NCBI GenBank assembly: GCA_963817915.1
Contig: CAWFQL010000017.1
Coordinates: forward strand, 512,001 to 576,000
Direction: 5' to 3'
From: an uncultured candidate division Zixibacteria bacterium
GTDB taxonomy: Bacteria > Zixibacteria > MSB-5A5 > UBA10806
Length of the DNA stretch: 64,000 nucleotides
Shown here: positions 9,537-19,671 of the stretch, piece by piece
How the letters are laid out: the number at the start of each line of letters is the position of its first letter
Position numbering within the stretch: the stretch's first letter is position 1
The notes under the pieces: generated by a model
Seen by the model: the letters and a program-made list of their open reading frames with translations, nothing else
Told to the model about the DNA's origin: nothing
The model's database searches: none
Translations under genes and position numbers: made by a program

Positions 9537-10876
9537 TAGACTCTCTTTTGCCAGCGTACCGAACGGAACCAAAACATGATTGTAGTGCCCTTGATAATTG
9601 TCGATATCGTAATCGCCCAAAAGATACCGACAGGTCCCATGCCGAGCGTAATGGCAAAATAATAGGCTAACGGAATTCTCAATAGCGTGCCGGGAATCGA
9701 TACAGCCATCGGCGGAAATGTATTCCCGGCTCCGGCGAATGCGCCCTCAAGGACTATTTCAAATCCCATGAATACTTGCGAAATAGCCAATATTCTTAAA
9801 TAGGAGCCGGCATTCTTGATTACTTCAGGATCAGTTGTAAATATCGACGTTATGTGCTGATTGAAAAAATAAAATATTGATCCGAAAAATAAAGTGACTA
9901 TAGATATAATACCTAATGATGTCCAGGCGGCCTTCTTGGCTCGCTCGGGCTGATTTCCTCCAAGATTTTGGCCTACCATCGCGGATGTCGCCATATAGAA
10001 TCCAAAGCATGTCATAAATGATATCGATTCAGCTCGGTTGCCCACTGGAATCGAGGCCACCGCCGATGTTCCGAATTCCGACATTATTCTTGTCATTACA
10101 AGATATACCGCCGCGAATACTCCGCCCGATAATGAAACGGGAGCCCCGATTTTCGTCATTCGCCAGATTATTCCGAAATCGATCTTTTTCGAAATGCTCG
10201 GTAATATTCTGAATGGTATTTTCCCCTTAAGGACAAATGCCAGTCCCATGAATGTGCCAAGTGTATGAGCCGTCGCGGTCGCAATTGCCGAACCCATGGT
10301 CTCCAATCGAGGGAAGATCCAAACTCCGTATACCAGAAATATGTTCAGAATAATATTCACGCCTACGACTGTAAACATGATGATCATTGGAGTCGTGGTA
10401 TCGCCGATCGCTCTGAATATTGCGCCACCGACTTCGCCAACAAAAATAAATGGCACGGCCATGAATATAATCATTAGATATACTCGCCCCATCTTCTCCA
10501 CTTCGGGCGCAAGGTTCAATGCCCCGATTATTACGCTTGAAAGAAAAATTCCCGCGATTCCCAGAAAGATGGAAAAAATAAATGCGAATCGGAGAATATG
10601 CATCGCCTTTTCCGATGCGCCCGCCAGGTTCTTTGCGCCGTAATCCTGCGCTATCAATGCTACCGTCCCGACCGAGAAGACATCGATGATCGAAAGCAAT
10701 ATCCAGATGACAAACCCCGCCGATCCAACAGCTGCCAATTGCGAATCGCCAAGATGCCCGACCAGCGCCGTATCGACAATATTATTGGTAACCAGGGCAA
10801 ACATAGAAAATACGGCAGGCACTGCCAGAATCACTATCTGCCTTGGAATCGAACCTATTGTTAAATCTCGTGCCAT
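9533..10876 (-). CDS. MATE family efflux transporter
   Basis: DLTIGSI, IVDTALVGHLG, FRAIGDTTTPM, MVGQNLGG; multiple TM segments. Confidence 0.93.
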   Translation of the reverse strand: MARDLTIGSIPRQIVILAVPAVFSMFALVTNNIVDTALVGHLGDSQLAAVGSAGFVIWILLSIIDVFSVGTVALIAQDYGAKNLAGASEKAMHILRFAFIFSIFLGIAGIFLSSVIIGALNLAPEVEKMGRVYLMIIFMAVPFIFVGEVGGAIFRAIGDTTTPMIIMFTVVGVNIILNIFLVYGVWIFPRLETMGSAIATATAHTLGTFMGLAFVLKGKIPFRILPSISKKIDFGIIWRMTKIGAPVSLSGGVFAAVYLVMTRIMSEFGTSAVASIPVGNRAESISFMTCFGFYMATSAMVGQNLGGNQPERAKKAAWTSLGIISIVTLFFGSIFYFFNQHITSIFTTDPEVIKNAGSYLRILAISQVFMGFEIVLEGAFAGAGNTFPPMAVSIPGTLLRIPLAYYFAITLGMGPVGIFWAITISTIIKGTTIMFWFRSVRWQKRVY

Positions 10877-10935
10877 AATTACTAAAATACCCCGATCACA
10901 GACCGGGGCATTGTTACCGATCCTTTTTTTCTATA

Positions 10936-11490
10936 CTACGATTTCATTAAGAACAGGTTGCGCAATATTAATGAAAGCGGAGCCAGTGTCGCTCCGATAT
11001 AAAATAAGTGCCAATTGAAAAACGTTACTATTAACATGATCACTAATAATGTCAGAATTTGCGCCGACGATTGCCCTAATGAGAATTTAGAACCGATCGA
11101 TAATTTGCCGGATAAAATTCCTTGAAAGTTCTTGTACAATCTCCCGACAATTATCGATTCTAAATGACGTAGATCGATTATCAGAAATAACGATAATGAA
11201 AACCCCAAAATCATCCAGTAGAGCGCCAACGATATCGGTGATGACGATGAATTCGCGGTTAACCAAATGATCAGAATCAGTATTGCCGGAATAATTTTCA
11301 ATAAAACCTTATAGAATGTTATCGTCTGCGATGTTTTGAACAGGTTCGCTGACTGGTATTCGATATATTTCGAAGTGTAATTCTTATATTGATTCGATGC
11401 TATCTTGCCCAACAATATATCGCCTAAACTTAAGACCAGTAGAATTCCGCTGGCTATAATCGGTGTTCCTAAAATCGTGTCGGCAATCAT
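10936..11490 (-). CDS. Hypothetical membrane protein
   Basis: About 5 hydrophobic segments; ATGA overlap with rnhB. Confidence 0.7.
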   Translation of the reverse strand: MIADTILGTPIIASGILLVLSLGDILLGKIASNQYKNYTSKYIEYQSANLFKTSQTITFYKVLLKIIPAILILIIWLTANSSSSPISLALYWMILGFSLSLFLIIDLRHLESIIVGRLYKNFQGILSGKLSIGSKFSLGQSSAQILTLLVIMLIVTFFNWHLFYIGATLAPLSLILRNLFLMKS

Positions 11491-12107
11491 CTCTCATCCT
11501 CCTTGAAAAAGGTGGTCACCGGATAAAATGATCTTCTGTGAATAGGGCAGGGGCCTAATTTCATGAGACAGTCGATATGGCTCTTTGTCGGATATCCCTT
11601 ATGCTTTTCGAATCCATATCCGGGATATCGCTGACTCATAGACTGCATTATCTCATCTCTATGTGTCTTGGCCAGGATCGATGCCGCCATTATCGATGGC
11701 ACAATTGAATCTCCCTTTATGATTGCCCTCTGCTCAATATCAAAATTCGGTATTCTACAATTACCATCGACCAAAACTAGTTCCGGCTTTACGTTTAACC
11801 CTTCAATAGCCTTGCGCATGGCCAGTAGAGATGCCTGAAGAATATTGATCTCATCCACTAATTCCGGCCCTATCGCGGCAATACTCCACGCCGCACCCGA
11901 GGCAATTATTCGTTCCTTCTGATAAGTCCGCTGTGTCGGCGAAAGAGCCTTGGAATCATCGAGACCATCAATATCAAAATCAGAAGGAAGTATCACGGCC
12001 GCCGCTACGACCGGCCCCGCCAACGGCCCGCGCCCGGCCTCATCGACTCCGCAAGTAAAAGGCTCGGTGAAATCACCGAGCCCGAATTTTCCATCAGACC
12101 TTATCAA
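11487..12107 (-). CDS. rnhB: Ribonuclease HII
   Basis: GVDEAGRGPLAGPVVAAAV, DSK, LVDGN, KGD, AASILAK, HKGYPT. Confidence 0.97.
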   Translation of the reverse strand: MIRSDGKFGLGDFTEPFTCGVDEAGRGPLAGPVVAAAVILPSDFDIDGLDDSKALSPTQRTYQKERIIASGAAWSIAAIGPELVDEINILQASLLAMRKAIEGLNVKPELVLVDGNCRIPNFDIEQRAIIKGDSIVPSIMAASILAKTHRDEIMQSMSQRYPGYGFEKHKGYPTKSHIDCLMKLGPCPIHRRSFYPVTTFFKEDER

Positions 12108-12451
12108 GCCTCTTTTTTCTCAGCTATCCTGGCCTTTTTGCCCTTGAGGTCTCTGAGGTAATACAGCTTGGAACGGCGAATTCTGCCCTGTTTGATAAGC
12201 TGAATCTTATCGACATTCGGCGAATGCAGGGGGAAGACACGTTCCACGCCTACGCCAGCCGATATTTTGCGCACCGTGAATGATGCCGATAATCCGCCGC
12301 CGTTACGAGCGATAACAGTGCCTTGAAATATCTGAATTCTTTCCTTATCGCCTTCTTTGATTCTGACGTGTACTTTGATAGTATCGCCAGGCGCGAAATT
12401 CGGGATATCCGATTTAAGGGATTTGCCATCCAGCGCTTTTATCACTGACAT
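12104..12451 (-). CDS. rplS: 50S ribosomal protein L19
   Basis: PGDTIKVHVRIKEG, FTVRKISAGVGVERVFP, RRSKLYYLR. Confidence 0.98.
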   Translation of the reverse strand: MSVIKALDGKSLKSDIPNFAPGDTIKVHVRIKEGDKERIQIFQGTVIARNGGGLSASFTVRKISAGVGVERVFPLHSPNVDKIQLIKQGRIRRSKLYYLRDLKGKKARIAEKKEA

Positions 12452-13203
12452 TGTCCTAACTCCATTCGTTTTAAATTATTTTCATATTCATCTAATATCT
12501 TTTTTTCATCATTATTTAAAGCTTTTTTTTCAAAAAGCTCGGGACGTCTATATTTTGTCCGGTAAAGAGCGTTACCGATGCGCCATTTGCGGATATTTTC
12601 GTGATGCCCCGATATCAGTACTTCCGGCGCGCGATGACCCTCGAATTCCTCCGGACGAGTATACTCTTCCGAGCCCAAAAGCCCCGCGAAATGAGAATCG
12701 TTTTCCGCCGAGCCAAAATCCTTCATCGTACCGGGCAAAAGCCTCAAGATGGCATCGGTGATTACCATAGCGGCATATTCGCCGCCGGTGACTACATAAT
12801 CGCCGATCGAAACTTCGCGCAAGCCCGCGATATCTACCGCTCTTTGATCGACTCCTTTATAATGTCCGCAAATAATTAATATTCGTTCAATCTTTGATAA
12901 CTCAATCGCCATCTGCTGGGTGAAAAGCTCCCCCGATGCCGATGTCAGTATACGAGTTGCCTGATTATCGGGATCGAGAGCCCTTATCGCGGCTATAATC
13001 GGTTCGGGCTTCATCACCATGCCTGGCCCGCCGCCATAGGGGATATCATCGACAACTTTATGCTTATCAAGTGTATAATCGCGCAGATTATGCACCTTAA
13101 TATCGAAAAGGTTGTTTTCCCTGCCGCGGCCGATAAGGCTTTCGCGAAGAGGAGCATCGACCATCTCAGGGAAAATTGTGATAATATCAATCCGCATACT
13201 CAA
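12442..13203 (-). CDS. trmD: tRNA (guanine-N1)-methyltransferase
   Basis: VDDIPYGGGPGMVM, ICGHYKGVDQR, SIGDYVVTGGE. Confidence 0.97.
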   Translation of the reverse strand: MSMRIDIITIFPEMVDAPLRESLIGRGRENNLFDIKVHNLRDYTLDKHKVVDDIPYGGGPGMVMKPEPIIAAIRALDPDNQATRILTSASGELFTQQMAIELSKIERILIICGHYKGVDQRAVDIAGLREVSIGDYVVTGGEYAAMVITDAILRLLPGTMKDFGSAENDSHFAGLLGSEEYTRPEEFEGHRAPEVLISGHHENIRKWRIGNALYRTKYRRPELFEKKALNNDEKKILDEYENNLKRMELGQCQ

Positions 13204-13697
13204 TAAAGCCCGTCGATCTTGCTAATTACTATTTTCTTTGCTTCCAAATCTATTGTTTTGATTATCGATTTCACGAACGGTACCATGATTGTTTTGTCAC
13301 CGTTTTTAATATTCAACATATCATTCGCCGCGATTTGATCGATTCTTTCTACAGTCCCTACAATATTTCCATTTTCGTCGGATACTTCGGCCCCTTCGAG
13401 CTCATAATGATAAAATTCATTTTCTGCCAATGGGGGAAGGTCGTCTTTTTCGACAAAAACTTCGGCGCCTTTCCATCGTTTGGCATTGTCTTCATCGTCG
13501 ATACCAATGAATTTTACAGCGATTCTTCCCTTTAATAATTTGACGTATTCTACCGTCGCGGAGAGTGAATTCTCTCCCTTGGCCATGAGCACCTTCGCGC
13601 CCTGATGGATACTTTGAGAATCAGCATTATAAAGGACAGCCGCCAGCTCCCCTTTGAAACCTCGTGGCCCTTTAATGTATGCCACTGCAATCTTCAT
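13200..13697 (-). CDS. rimM: 16S rRNA processing protein RimM
   Basis: GPRGFKGE, EFYHYELEG, MVPFV; operon position. Confidence 0.92.
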   Translation of the reverse strand: MKIAVAYIKGPRGFKGELAAVLYNADSQSIHQGAKVLMAKGENSLSATVEYVKLLKGRIAVKFIGIDDEDNAKRWKGAEVFVEKDDLPPLAENEFYHYELEGAEVSDENGNIVGTVERIDQIAANDMLNIKNGDKTIMVPFVKSIIKTIDLEAKKIVISKIDGLY

Positions 13698-13740
13698 ATA
13701 GAAACCGGCGGCATGTCTGAGCTAACGCTAACCGACGTCG

Positions 13741-13971
13741 CTATTCTAATATTTCCAGAAGAGCCCGTTTACCCTTTTTCGCGGAAACCGCCGAAATAAT
13801 GGTTCTAATGGCCTTCGCAGTTTGTCCTTTCCGACCGATTACTTTACCAAGATCGTCTTGATAAACTCTCAGTTCGTAGACTGTGGTTTTCTCGCCTTCG
13901 ACCTCAGTAACTGCTACTGATTCGGGGTGGTCAACCAGTGCCTTTGCTATGTACTCGATGAACTCCTTCAC
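13741..13971 (-). CDS. khpA: KH-domain RNA-binding protein
   Basis: [25 protein letters not shown]; lies between rpsP and rimM. Confidence 0.93.
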   Translation of the reverse strand: MKEFIEYIAKALVDHPESVAVTEVEGEKTTVYELRVYQDDLGKVIGRKGQTAKAIRTIISAVSAKKGKRALLEILE

Positions 13972-14018
13972 GTTTCCTCCTTGCTTGTAGTGGAATAAGA
14001 GGTTCTATTGGAACACTT

Positions 14019-14366
14019 CTATTCAGGTTTAGGGGTCCTTTTCTTCTTTTTGGTTTTTTCCTTGATTTCGCCCTTAATCTGCATTTCGGAAATATCCTCG
14101 CCCTTTTTGTGCTTGGACCATTTCTTGAGCAGGCCTATTTCCTTAAATAACGAATTGACCGTATCCGAAATCACGGCGCCATTATCCATCCAGTAGAAGA
14201 TTCTGTCTTCGTTGAGGAAAATCTTGGCTGGTTTTTCAATCGGCTGGTAATGACCCAGGGCTTCTATGAAACGCCCGTCGCGTGGCATTCTCATATCGGT
14301 TGCTACTAATCTGTAGAAGGGCCTCTTTTTGGCGCCCATTCGACGTAATCTGATTGTTACTGACAC
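14019..14366 (-). CDS. rpsP: 30S ribosomal protein S16
   Basis: IRLRRMGAKKRPFYRLVATDMRMPRDGRFIE. Confidence 0.98.
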   Translation of the reverse strand: MSVTIRLRRMGAKKRPFYRLVATDMRMPRDGRFIEALGHYQPIEKPAKIFLNEDRIFYWMDNGAVISDTVNSLFKEIGLLKKWSKHKKGEDISEMQIKGEIKEKTKKKKRTPKPE

Positions 14367-14409
14367 TGCACCTCCTGATGACCTAAACCGCCAGGCTTAG
14401 GCCGAGTTA

Positions 14410-15717
14410 TTATATTGGAAATCCTTTTGGAATATTCATTTTTGAAAACTTCTTTATCATTTTCTGCATTTCGTAAAATTGCTTCAAGAGCTGGTTGACA
14501 TCCTGCACCGATGTCCCCGAACCTGTCGCGATCCGTTTGCGGCGAGATCCATCGATAATGGAAGGCTGAACCCGTTCTTTAACCGTCATGCTGTTGATAA
14601 TCGCTTCAACCTTGACCAGCCCGGATTCATCCACCTGAACACCCTTCATCTGCTTGCTCATTCCGGGGATCATCTCGAGTATATTTTGCAACGGCCCCAT
14701 CTTTTTCAACTGCTTTAATTGAGAAAGAAAATCCTCGAATGTAAAACTCTCTTTTAATAACTTCTTTTCTAACCGCTCGGCTTCAGCGAAATCAACAGTC
14801 TCCTGCGCCTTCTCTACTAATGATACGATATCACCCATGCCAAGGATTCGCGACGCGATCCGTTCCGGGTAAAATTCTTCCAAATCCGTCAGCTTTTCGC
14901 CGGTCCCGATAAATTTTACAGGTATCCCCAATGCCGCCCTGATTGACATCGCCGCTCCGCCTCGGGCATCGCCATCCATCTTGGTGAGAATTGCTCCGGT
15001 AAGGCCGATACGATTATTAAATTCCTGCGCGACATTGAGGGCTTCCTGGCCTGTCATGGCATCGGCTACGAAGAGAATCTCCTTGGCGCCGGATGATTTC
15101 TTGACATCGGCCAGCTCTGACATGAGCTCGTCATCTATCTGCAAACGGCCTGCTGTATCGACAATCACGACATCGAGCATCTTCTCGCGGGCGTGCGCTA
15201 TCGATGATTCGGCGATCTTCGGCGCGGAATCTTCCGCAGTGTAAAACGGCATATTTATCGACGTCGCCAAAACTTCGAGCTGCTTTTTTGCGGCCGGTCT
15301 GTGAATATCAGCGGCAACCATAAGCGGCCTGTGGCCTCGTTTCCGAAGATATAGGGCTAATTTGCCAGCGAATGTTGTCTTGCCTGAGCCCTGTAAACCT
15401 GCCAATAGCACGACCGATGGGGGAGTTCCTGATAGGCTAATTTCAGCCTTGCCGCCCCCGAGCATTTCGATCATCTCGTCATGCACGATCTTGACAATCT
15501 GCTGGCCGGGAGTGATAGACTTGGTGACTTCCTTGCCGATCGCTTTTTTCTCGATCTCTGCCACGAAGTTTTTGACAACCTTGTAGTTGACATCGGCCTC
15601 GAGGAGAGCCATGCGGATCTCCTTGGCGGCCTCGCCGATATTTTTTTCCGAAAGATGACCTCGTCCGGTCAGCTTACGGAAAATGCCATCAAGCCTGTCG
15701 CTGATCTGCTCAAACAT
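14410..15717 (-). CDS. ffh: Signal recognition particle protein
   Basis: ALLEADV, GLQGSGKTT, DTAGRL, TKMDGDARGG, RILGMGD, Met-rich M domain. Confidence 0.98.
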   Translation of the reverse strand: MFEQISDRLDGIFRKLTGRGHLSEKNIGEAAKEIRMALLEADVNYKVVKNFVAEIEKKAIGKEVTKSITPGQQIVKIVHDEMIEMLGGGKAEISLSGTPPSVVLLAGLQGSGKTTFAGKLALYLRKRGHRPLMVAADIHRPAAKKQLEVLATSINMPFYTAEDSAPKIAESSIAHAREKMLDVVIVDTAGRLQIDDELMSELADVKKSSGAKEILFVADAMTGQEALNVAQEFNNRIGLTGAILTKMDGDARGGAAMSIRAALGIPVKFIGTGEKLTDLEEFYPERIASRILGMGDIVSLVEKAQETVDFAEAERLEKKLLKESFTFEDFLSQLKQLKKMGPLQNILEMIPGMSKQMKGVQVDESGLVKVEAIINSMTVKERVQPSIIDGSRRKRIATGSGTSVQDVNQLLKQFYEMQKMIKKFSKMNIPKGFPI

Positions 15718-15889
15718 TCGAAAATCTTCCCATAATCATATACTCATCGACTTCGAAAATCGCCATGCCTCTAAATAGGCATACTCCAGCCCTCAAAGTC
15801 AAGCTACTAAAATAGCAATTTTAATAAATTACGCAACAACAATTTGACTCGATTTTGGGGGTGATTTTTTGGGCATAAATAACCCTCTC

Positions 15890-16083
15890 GTGCGGTGTCA
15901 GGAACCCTTTCCTGACACTTTTACGATGTTTTTTTGTAGAGACGCAAGATTTTGCGTCTCTACCGAAAGATAACACACCAGTAGGGGTTTGATTCATCAA
16001 ACGCCTATTTTGATTTTGGAGTGCGGTCGGGTGGCCTCACCCGAACGCTTCCTCTGTGTCGGGTCAGGCGACCCGACACCACA
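15890..16083. repeat. Cluster of five different REP-like palindromes
   Basis: GTGTCAGGAA..TTCCTGACAC (15895-15918); GTAGAGACGCAAGATTTTGCGTCTCTAC (15936-15963); GTAGGGGTTTGATTCATCAAAC (15981); GTCGGGTGGCCTCACCCGA (16026); GTCGGGTCAGGCGACCCGAC (16058). Four of the five recur elsewhere in the window. Confidence 0.85.
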
Positions 16084-16084
16084 A

Positions 16085-16132
16085 AAAGCCGGGGATAAGG
16101 TTGAGACAAAAAAAATGACGCTGATGAAATGA
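16085..16132 (+). pseudogene. Stranded 3' end of a sorting-domain gene (KAGDKVETKKMTLMK*)
   Basis: 40/44 nt identical to 18520-18563 at the end of the downstream gene. Confidence 0.75.
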
Positions 16133-16425
16133 GGCGATTTTTAGCATTGCATGGGTGCGAAATAATAAATCCGATTAAATAATACGATCCTATGTCCATC
16201 TTTGCTATGGGTATGTAACTACGTACTTATAAATGATTTAGGATAGCTACGGCTAATTGTGACCACAAAATATTAGCGCTTGCCTATTTTTGATATTAAT
16301 ATATATTGTCATTAGCGTCTCCGCAATTCCCCAGATTGCGGTTTTTGAATAATTAACCAGTTAAAATTATTAGTTGTTTTGCAGATTACATTGTATTTAG
16401 ACAACCCAAAATAATTGAGGAAGAG

Positions 16426-18579
16426 ATGAAAAAGACTTACAGTTTACTGACCGCCCTCCCAATTTTAATAAGCGTTTTGATGATGCCTGTGCCTGCGCGA
16501 GCGCAGAATGTCGATTATGTTGGCTCAACGCTTTGGAGTGGAGCGAATGATGTCAAAGTCGTGGATAATTTCGCATATTGCGCGCTCAATAACGGTTTGG
16601 CCATAATAAATATCTCAATCCCGGCTTCTCCAACATTCGTAAGTCAACTGTATCTTCGGGGCGGCGCGCTAGACATCGATGTTGTTGCCGATTACGCCTA
16701 TGTGGCGGATGGGCGTTCCGGCCTTCAGATAATAAATGTATCAGATCCTGCAAATCCTGTCTTATCCGGAAGCTATGAAACGCCAGGCGATTTTTCAGGC
16801 GTTTGTGTTCTGGGCAATTACGCTTATGTGACAGATTACGGGGCGGGCCTTCAGATAATAAATGTATCAAATCCTGCAAGCCCAGTTTTAGCTGGAAGCA
16901 TTGATACTCCGGGCTATGCTTGGAGCGTATTTGTCCTGGGCAGTTACGCTTATGTGGCGGATTTTGAGTCTGGCCTCGAGATAATAAACGTTTCCAATCC
17001 CGCAAATCCAGTTTTCGCCGGAAGTTTTAATACACCGGGCTTTGCGCTTGGCGTTAATGTTTTGGGCAATTATGCATATGTAGCGGATGGCGATGGATCA
17101 GGACTTCAGATCATAAACATTTCTAATCCTGAGAATCCAGTTTTAGCCGGTAGCTTTGAAACTTATGGTATTGCATCTGTCGTTTTTGCGAGGGGCAATT
17201 ACGCATATTTGACCGATGGAAGCTATGGACTTCAGATAATAAACGTAGCTGATCCTGCCAATCCAGTTTTAGCCGGAAACTATGAAACTCCTGGCGATGC
17301 TTTAGGCATTTTTATTTTGGGCAATTATGCTTATGTGACGGACGTGGCCGATGATCTTGCAGGCCTTCAGATAATAAACGTATCCAATCCTGCTAATCCA
17401 GTCTTAGCCGGAAGCTATGAAACGCCGGACTATGCTTATGACGTTTTTGTTTTGGGCGATTACGCTTATGTGGCGGATTATTTATTTGGTCTTCAAATAG
17501 TAAACGTATCTAATCCAGCTAATCCGGTCTTAGTCGGAAGTTTTGACACGGAAGGTATTGCTTATAGTGTTTTTGCCCAAGGGAATTACGCCTTTGTGGC
17601 AGATGCAACTCGCGGTCTGCAGATAATAAATGTAACTAATCCCGCTGTTCCTGTTTTGACCGGATCCTACGACACGCCGGGCACAGCTCATGACGTATTT
17701 GTCAAAGACAGTTGCGCCTATGTGGCGTCATGGAACCGCGGCCTTCAAATAATTGACATATCTAACCCGGCTAATCCCGGTCTGGCAGGAAGCTATCAAA
17801 CTGAGGGTGTTGCTTATGGCGTTTATGTCCTGGGCAATTATGCTTACGTGTCAGATGGGGAAGCCGGCCTCCAGATAATAAACATATCTAATCGCGCTAA
17901 TCCGGTTTTGACTGGAAGCTATGATACACCGGGCGAAGCCTTTGGCGTTTTTGTGCTTGGCAACTATGCTTACGTGGCAGATTATGAGGGGTCTGGTCTT
18001 CAAATAATAAACGTTTCTAATCCCGCTAATCCGGTTTTAGCCGGAAGCTATGAAACACCAGGTGATGCTATCGGTGTTTTTGTACTTGGCAATTACGCTT
18101 ACGTGGCGGATTATTTTTCTGGCCTTCAGATTTTAAACGTATCTAATCCTGCTAATCCGGTTTTAGCTGGAAGCTATGCTACTCCCGGCGAATCTCAAGG
18201 AGTTTTTGTTCTTGGCAATTATGCATATGTGGCTGATCAATCTTCATTAATGATTCTTCATTTCCAAAACCAAACCGGGATTAATGAAAATGAAAATCTG
18301 CCAGTCAAATTCTCCATTTCCCAAAACTACCCCAATCCGTTCAATGCCCAGACTATGATTCAATACACTCTGCCAACTCAATCAGAAATTTCCATCGACA
18401 TCTTCGATATTCTCGGCCGCAACGTAGAAAAAATTGCTGAAGGTATAAAGCCCGCGGGCAATCATCAGGCGATCTGGGATGCAAGCAATCAAGCATCGGG
18501 GATGTATTTCTATCGAATCAAAGCCGGGGATAGGGTCGAGACGAAAAAGATGACGCTGATGAATAATAGGCCTGTGTAA
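16426..18579 (+). CDS. Secreted LVIVD-repeat beta-propeller protein with a C-terminal T9SS-type-A/FlgD-Ig-like sorting domain
   Basis: Signal peptide (..PARA-Q); 14 repeats of ~42 aa (YAYVAD..GLQIINVSNPANPVLAGS..TPG); QNYPNPFN...SGMYFYRI. Confidence 0.9.
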   Translation: MKKTYSLLTALPILISVLMMPVPARAQNVDYVGSTLWSGANDVKVVDNFAYCALNNGLAIINISIPASPTFVSQLYLRGGALDIDVVADYAYVADGRSGLQIINVSDPANPVLSGSYETPGDFSGVCVLGNYAYVTDYGAGLQIINVSNPASPVLAGSIDTPGYAWSVFVLGSYAYVADFESGLEIINVSNPANPVFAGSFNTPGFALGVNVLGNYAYVADGDGSGLQIINISNPENPVLAGSFETYGIASVVFARGNYAYLTDGSYGLQIINVADPANPVLAGNYETPGDALGIFILGNYAYVTDVADDLAGLQIINVSNPANPVLAGSYETPDYAYDVFVLGDYAYVADYLFGLQIVNVSNPANPVLVGSFDTEGIAYSVFAQGNYAFVADATRGLQIINVTNPAVPVLTGSYDTPGTAHDVFVKDSCAYVASWNRGLQIIDISNPANPGLAGSYQTEGVAYGVYVLGNYAYVSDGEAGLQIINISNRANPVLTGSYDTPGEAFGVFVLGNYAYVADYEGSGLQIINVSNPANPVLAGSYETPGDAIGVFVLGNYAYVADYFSGLQILNVSNPANPVLAGSYATPGESQGVFVLGNYAYVADQSSLMILHFQNQTGINENENLPVKFSISQNYPNPFNAQTMIQYTLPTQSEISIDIFDILGRNVEKIAEGIKPAGNHQAIWDASNQASGMYFYRIKAGDRVETKKMTLMNNRPV

Positions 18580-18773
18580 GTCGTCGTTCCGAATGTAATG
18601 AGGAACGCGACAAAATGGGGCTGTCGGGTTTTCGTCCGGCGGCTGCCGGACTCAAAGCGGGACCTACAACTCGCTTTATCGAATTAATAGCCGGGGCTTT
18701 CAACCCGGATTTGCGGCCTTAGAAAAGGCCGCCTATTAAGGAAGCTGTATCAGTCGGTGGCTCACGACCCGAC
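18576..18773. repeat. REP/REPIN-like cluster
   Basis: 92-bp GTAAGTCG...GACCTAC element (18576-18667) repeated at 19389-19480; further hairpins (GCGGCCTT..AAGGCCGC, GTCGG..CCGAC). Confidence 0.8.
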
Positions 18774-18912
18774 CGAACTGATATGGCCGCGGAATTAAGC
18801 ATCGGCTTGACACGCTGTAGAAGATGTGGTAACGGGACATGTTTATATATCAGGATTGTGTTCATGTTTGATTACGCACAAAAAATTTACTTCGTAATAT
18901 TGTGGAGGAGAA

Positions 18913-19378
18913 ATGGAAAATAAGCCGCAGATGCTATCGCATGCCGAGCTAAAAAAGCTGCGCACGCCGGTGAGAGAACGCAAATGTCGAGCATAAAGAG
19001 ACGCTAACCAAACTTGAGAGATTTTCGCTAATTGTCACTGATCATATTGGCACAATGGGATTTTTCTTTGTGATTTTAGCATGGACCGGCCTCTGGCTGG
19101 GCTGGAACACCCTGGCCCCACATGGATTTCGCTTCGATCCTTTTCCGGCGTTTGTCCTTTGGCTATTTATATCCAATATGCTACAGATCTTCCTGATGCC
19201 GTTAATAATGATCGGCCAGAATCTCCAAGGGCGTCATGCGGAAATTCGAGCTGAATCCGATTTTGAGGTAAATGTTAAGGCTGAAAGAGAAATAGAAGCA
19301 ATTTTGCTTCACCTGGAACATCAGAATGAACTAATGCTCAAAATTCTCGCCAATTTGGAATCAAAAAAGAGCGGCTGA
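18913..19378 (+). CDS. DUF1003-family membrane protein (one +1 frameshift near 18976)
   Basis: GGAGGAG SD + ATG 18913; after removing one base it reads NANVEHKETLTKLERFSLIVTDHIGTMGFF...FDPFPAF..PLIMIGQNLQGRH. Confidence 0.8.
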
Positions 19379-19388
19379 TCCAGCTCTG

Positions 19389-19542
19389 GTAAGTCGGCGT
19401 TCCCGATTACGAGAGATATTCGACCAAATCAAGCTGTCGGGTTTTCGTCCGGCAGCCGCCGGACTCAAACCGCGACCTACTGCCTGAGTGCAACAAAGAA
19501 CCCGACAAAATCGGGCTATCGGGTTTTTCAAACCCGATCTAC
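19389..19542. repeat. REP/REPIN-like cluster
   Basis: Second copy of the 92-bp element, then ATCGGGTTTTTCAAACCCGATCTAC. Confidence 0.8.
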
Positions 19543-19576
19543 GGCTGGCAGGAATCTCCCCGCACTACTTCCCTGA

Positions 19577-19605
19577 TTGACAAACCGAATCTATTCACCT
19601 ATATT
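19577..19605 (+). promoter_or_regulatory. Sigma70-type promoter of lemA
   Basis: TTGACA-N17-TATATT. Confidence 0.6.
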
Positions 19606-19671
19606 GACCACCTGTTAATATGGAGGCTTGTCCGCATTTGGGCCTTCAATCGAATGGCTTTTTAAAGGGGT

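Noticed and set aside
16426..18579. LVIVD repeats or the 16085 fragment as a diversity-generating retroelement TR/VR pair
   Set aside because: No reverse transcriptase in the window; the duplicate is only 44 nt, covers the conserved tail, and its differences are mostly synonymous
18564..18579. Unusual NNRPV extension after the sorting domain
   Set aside because: One missing A (ATG AAA TAA) would give the usual ..LMK* end seen in the upstream copy; probably an indel
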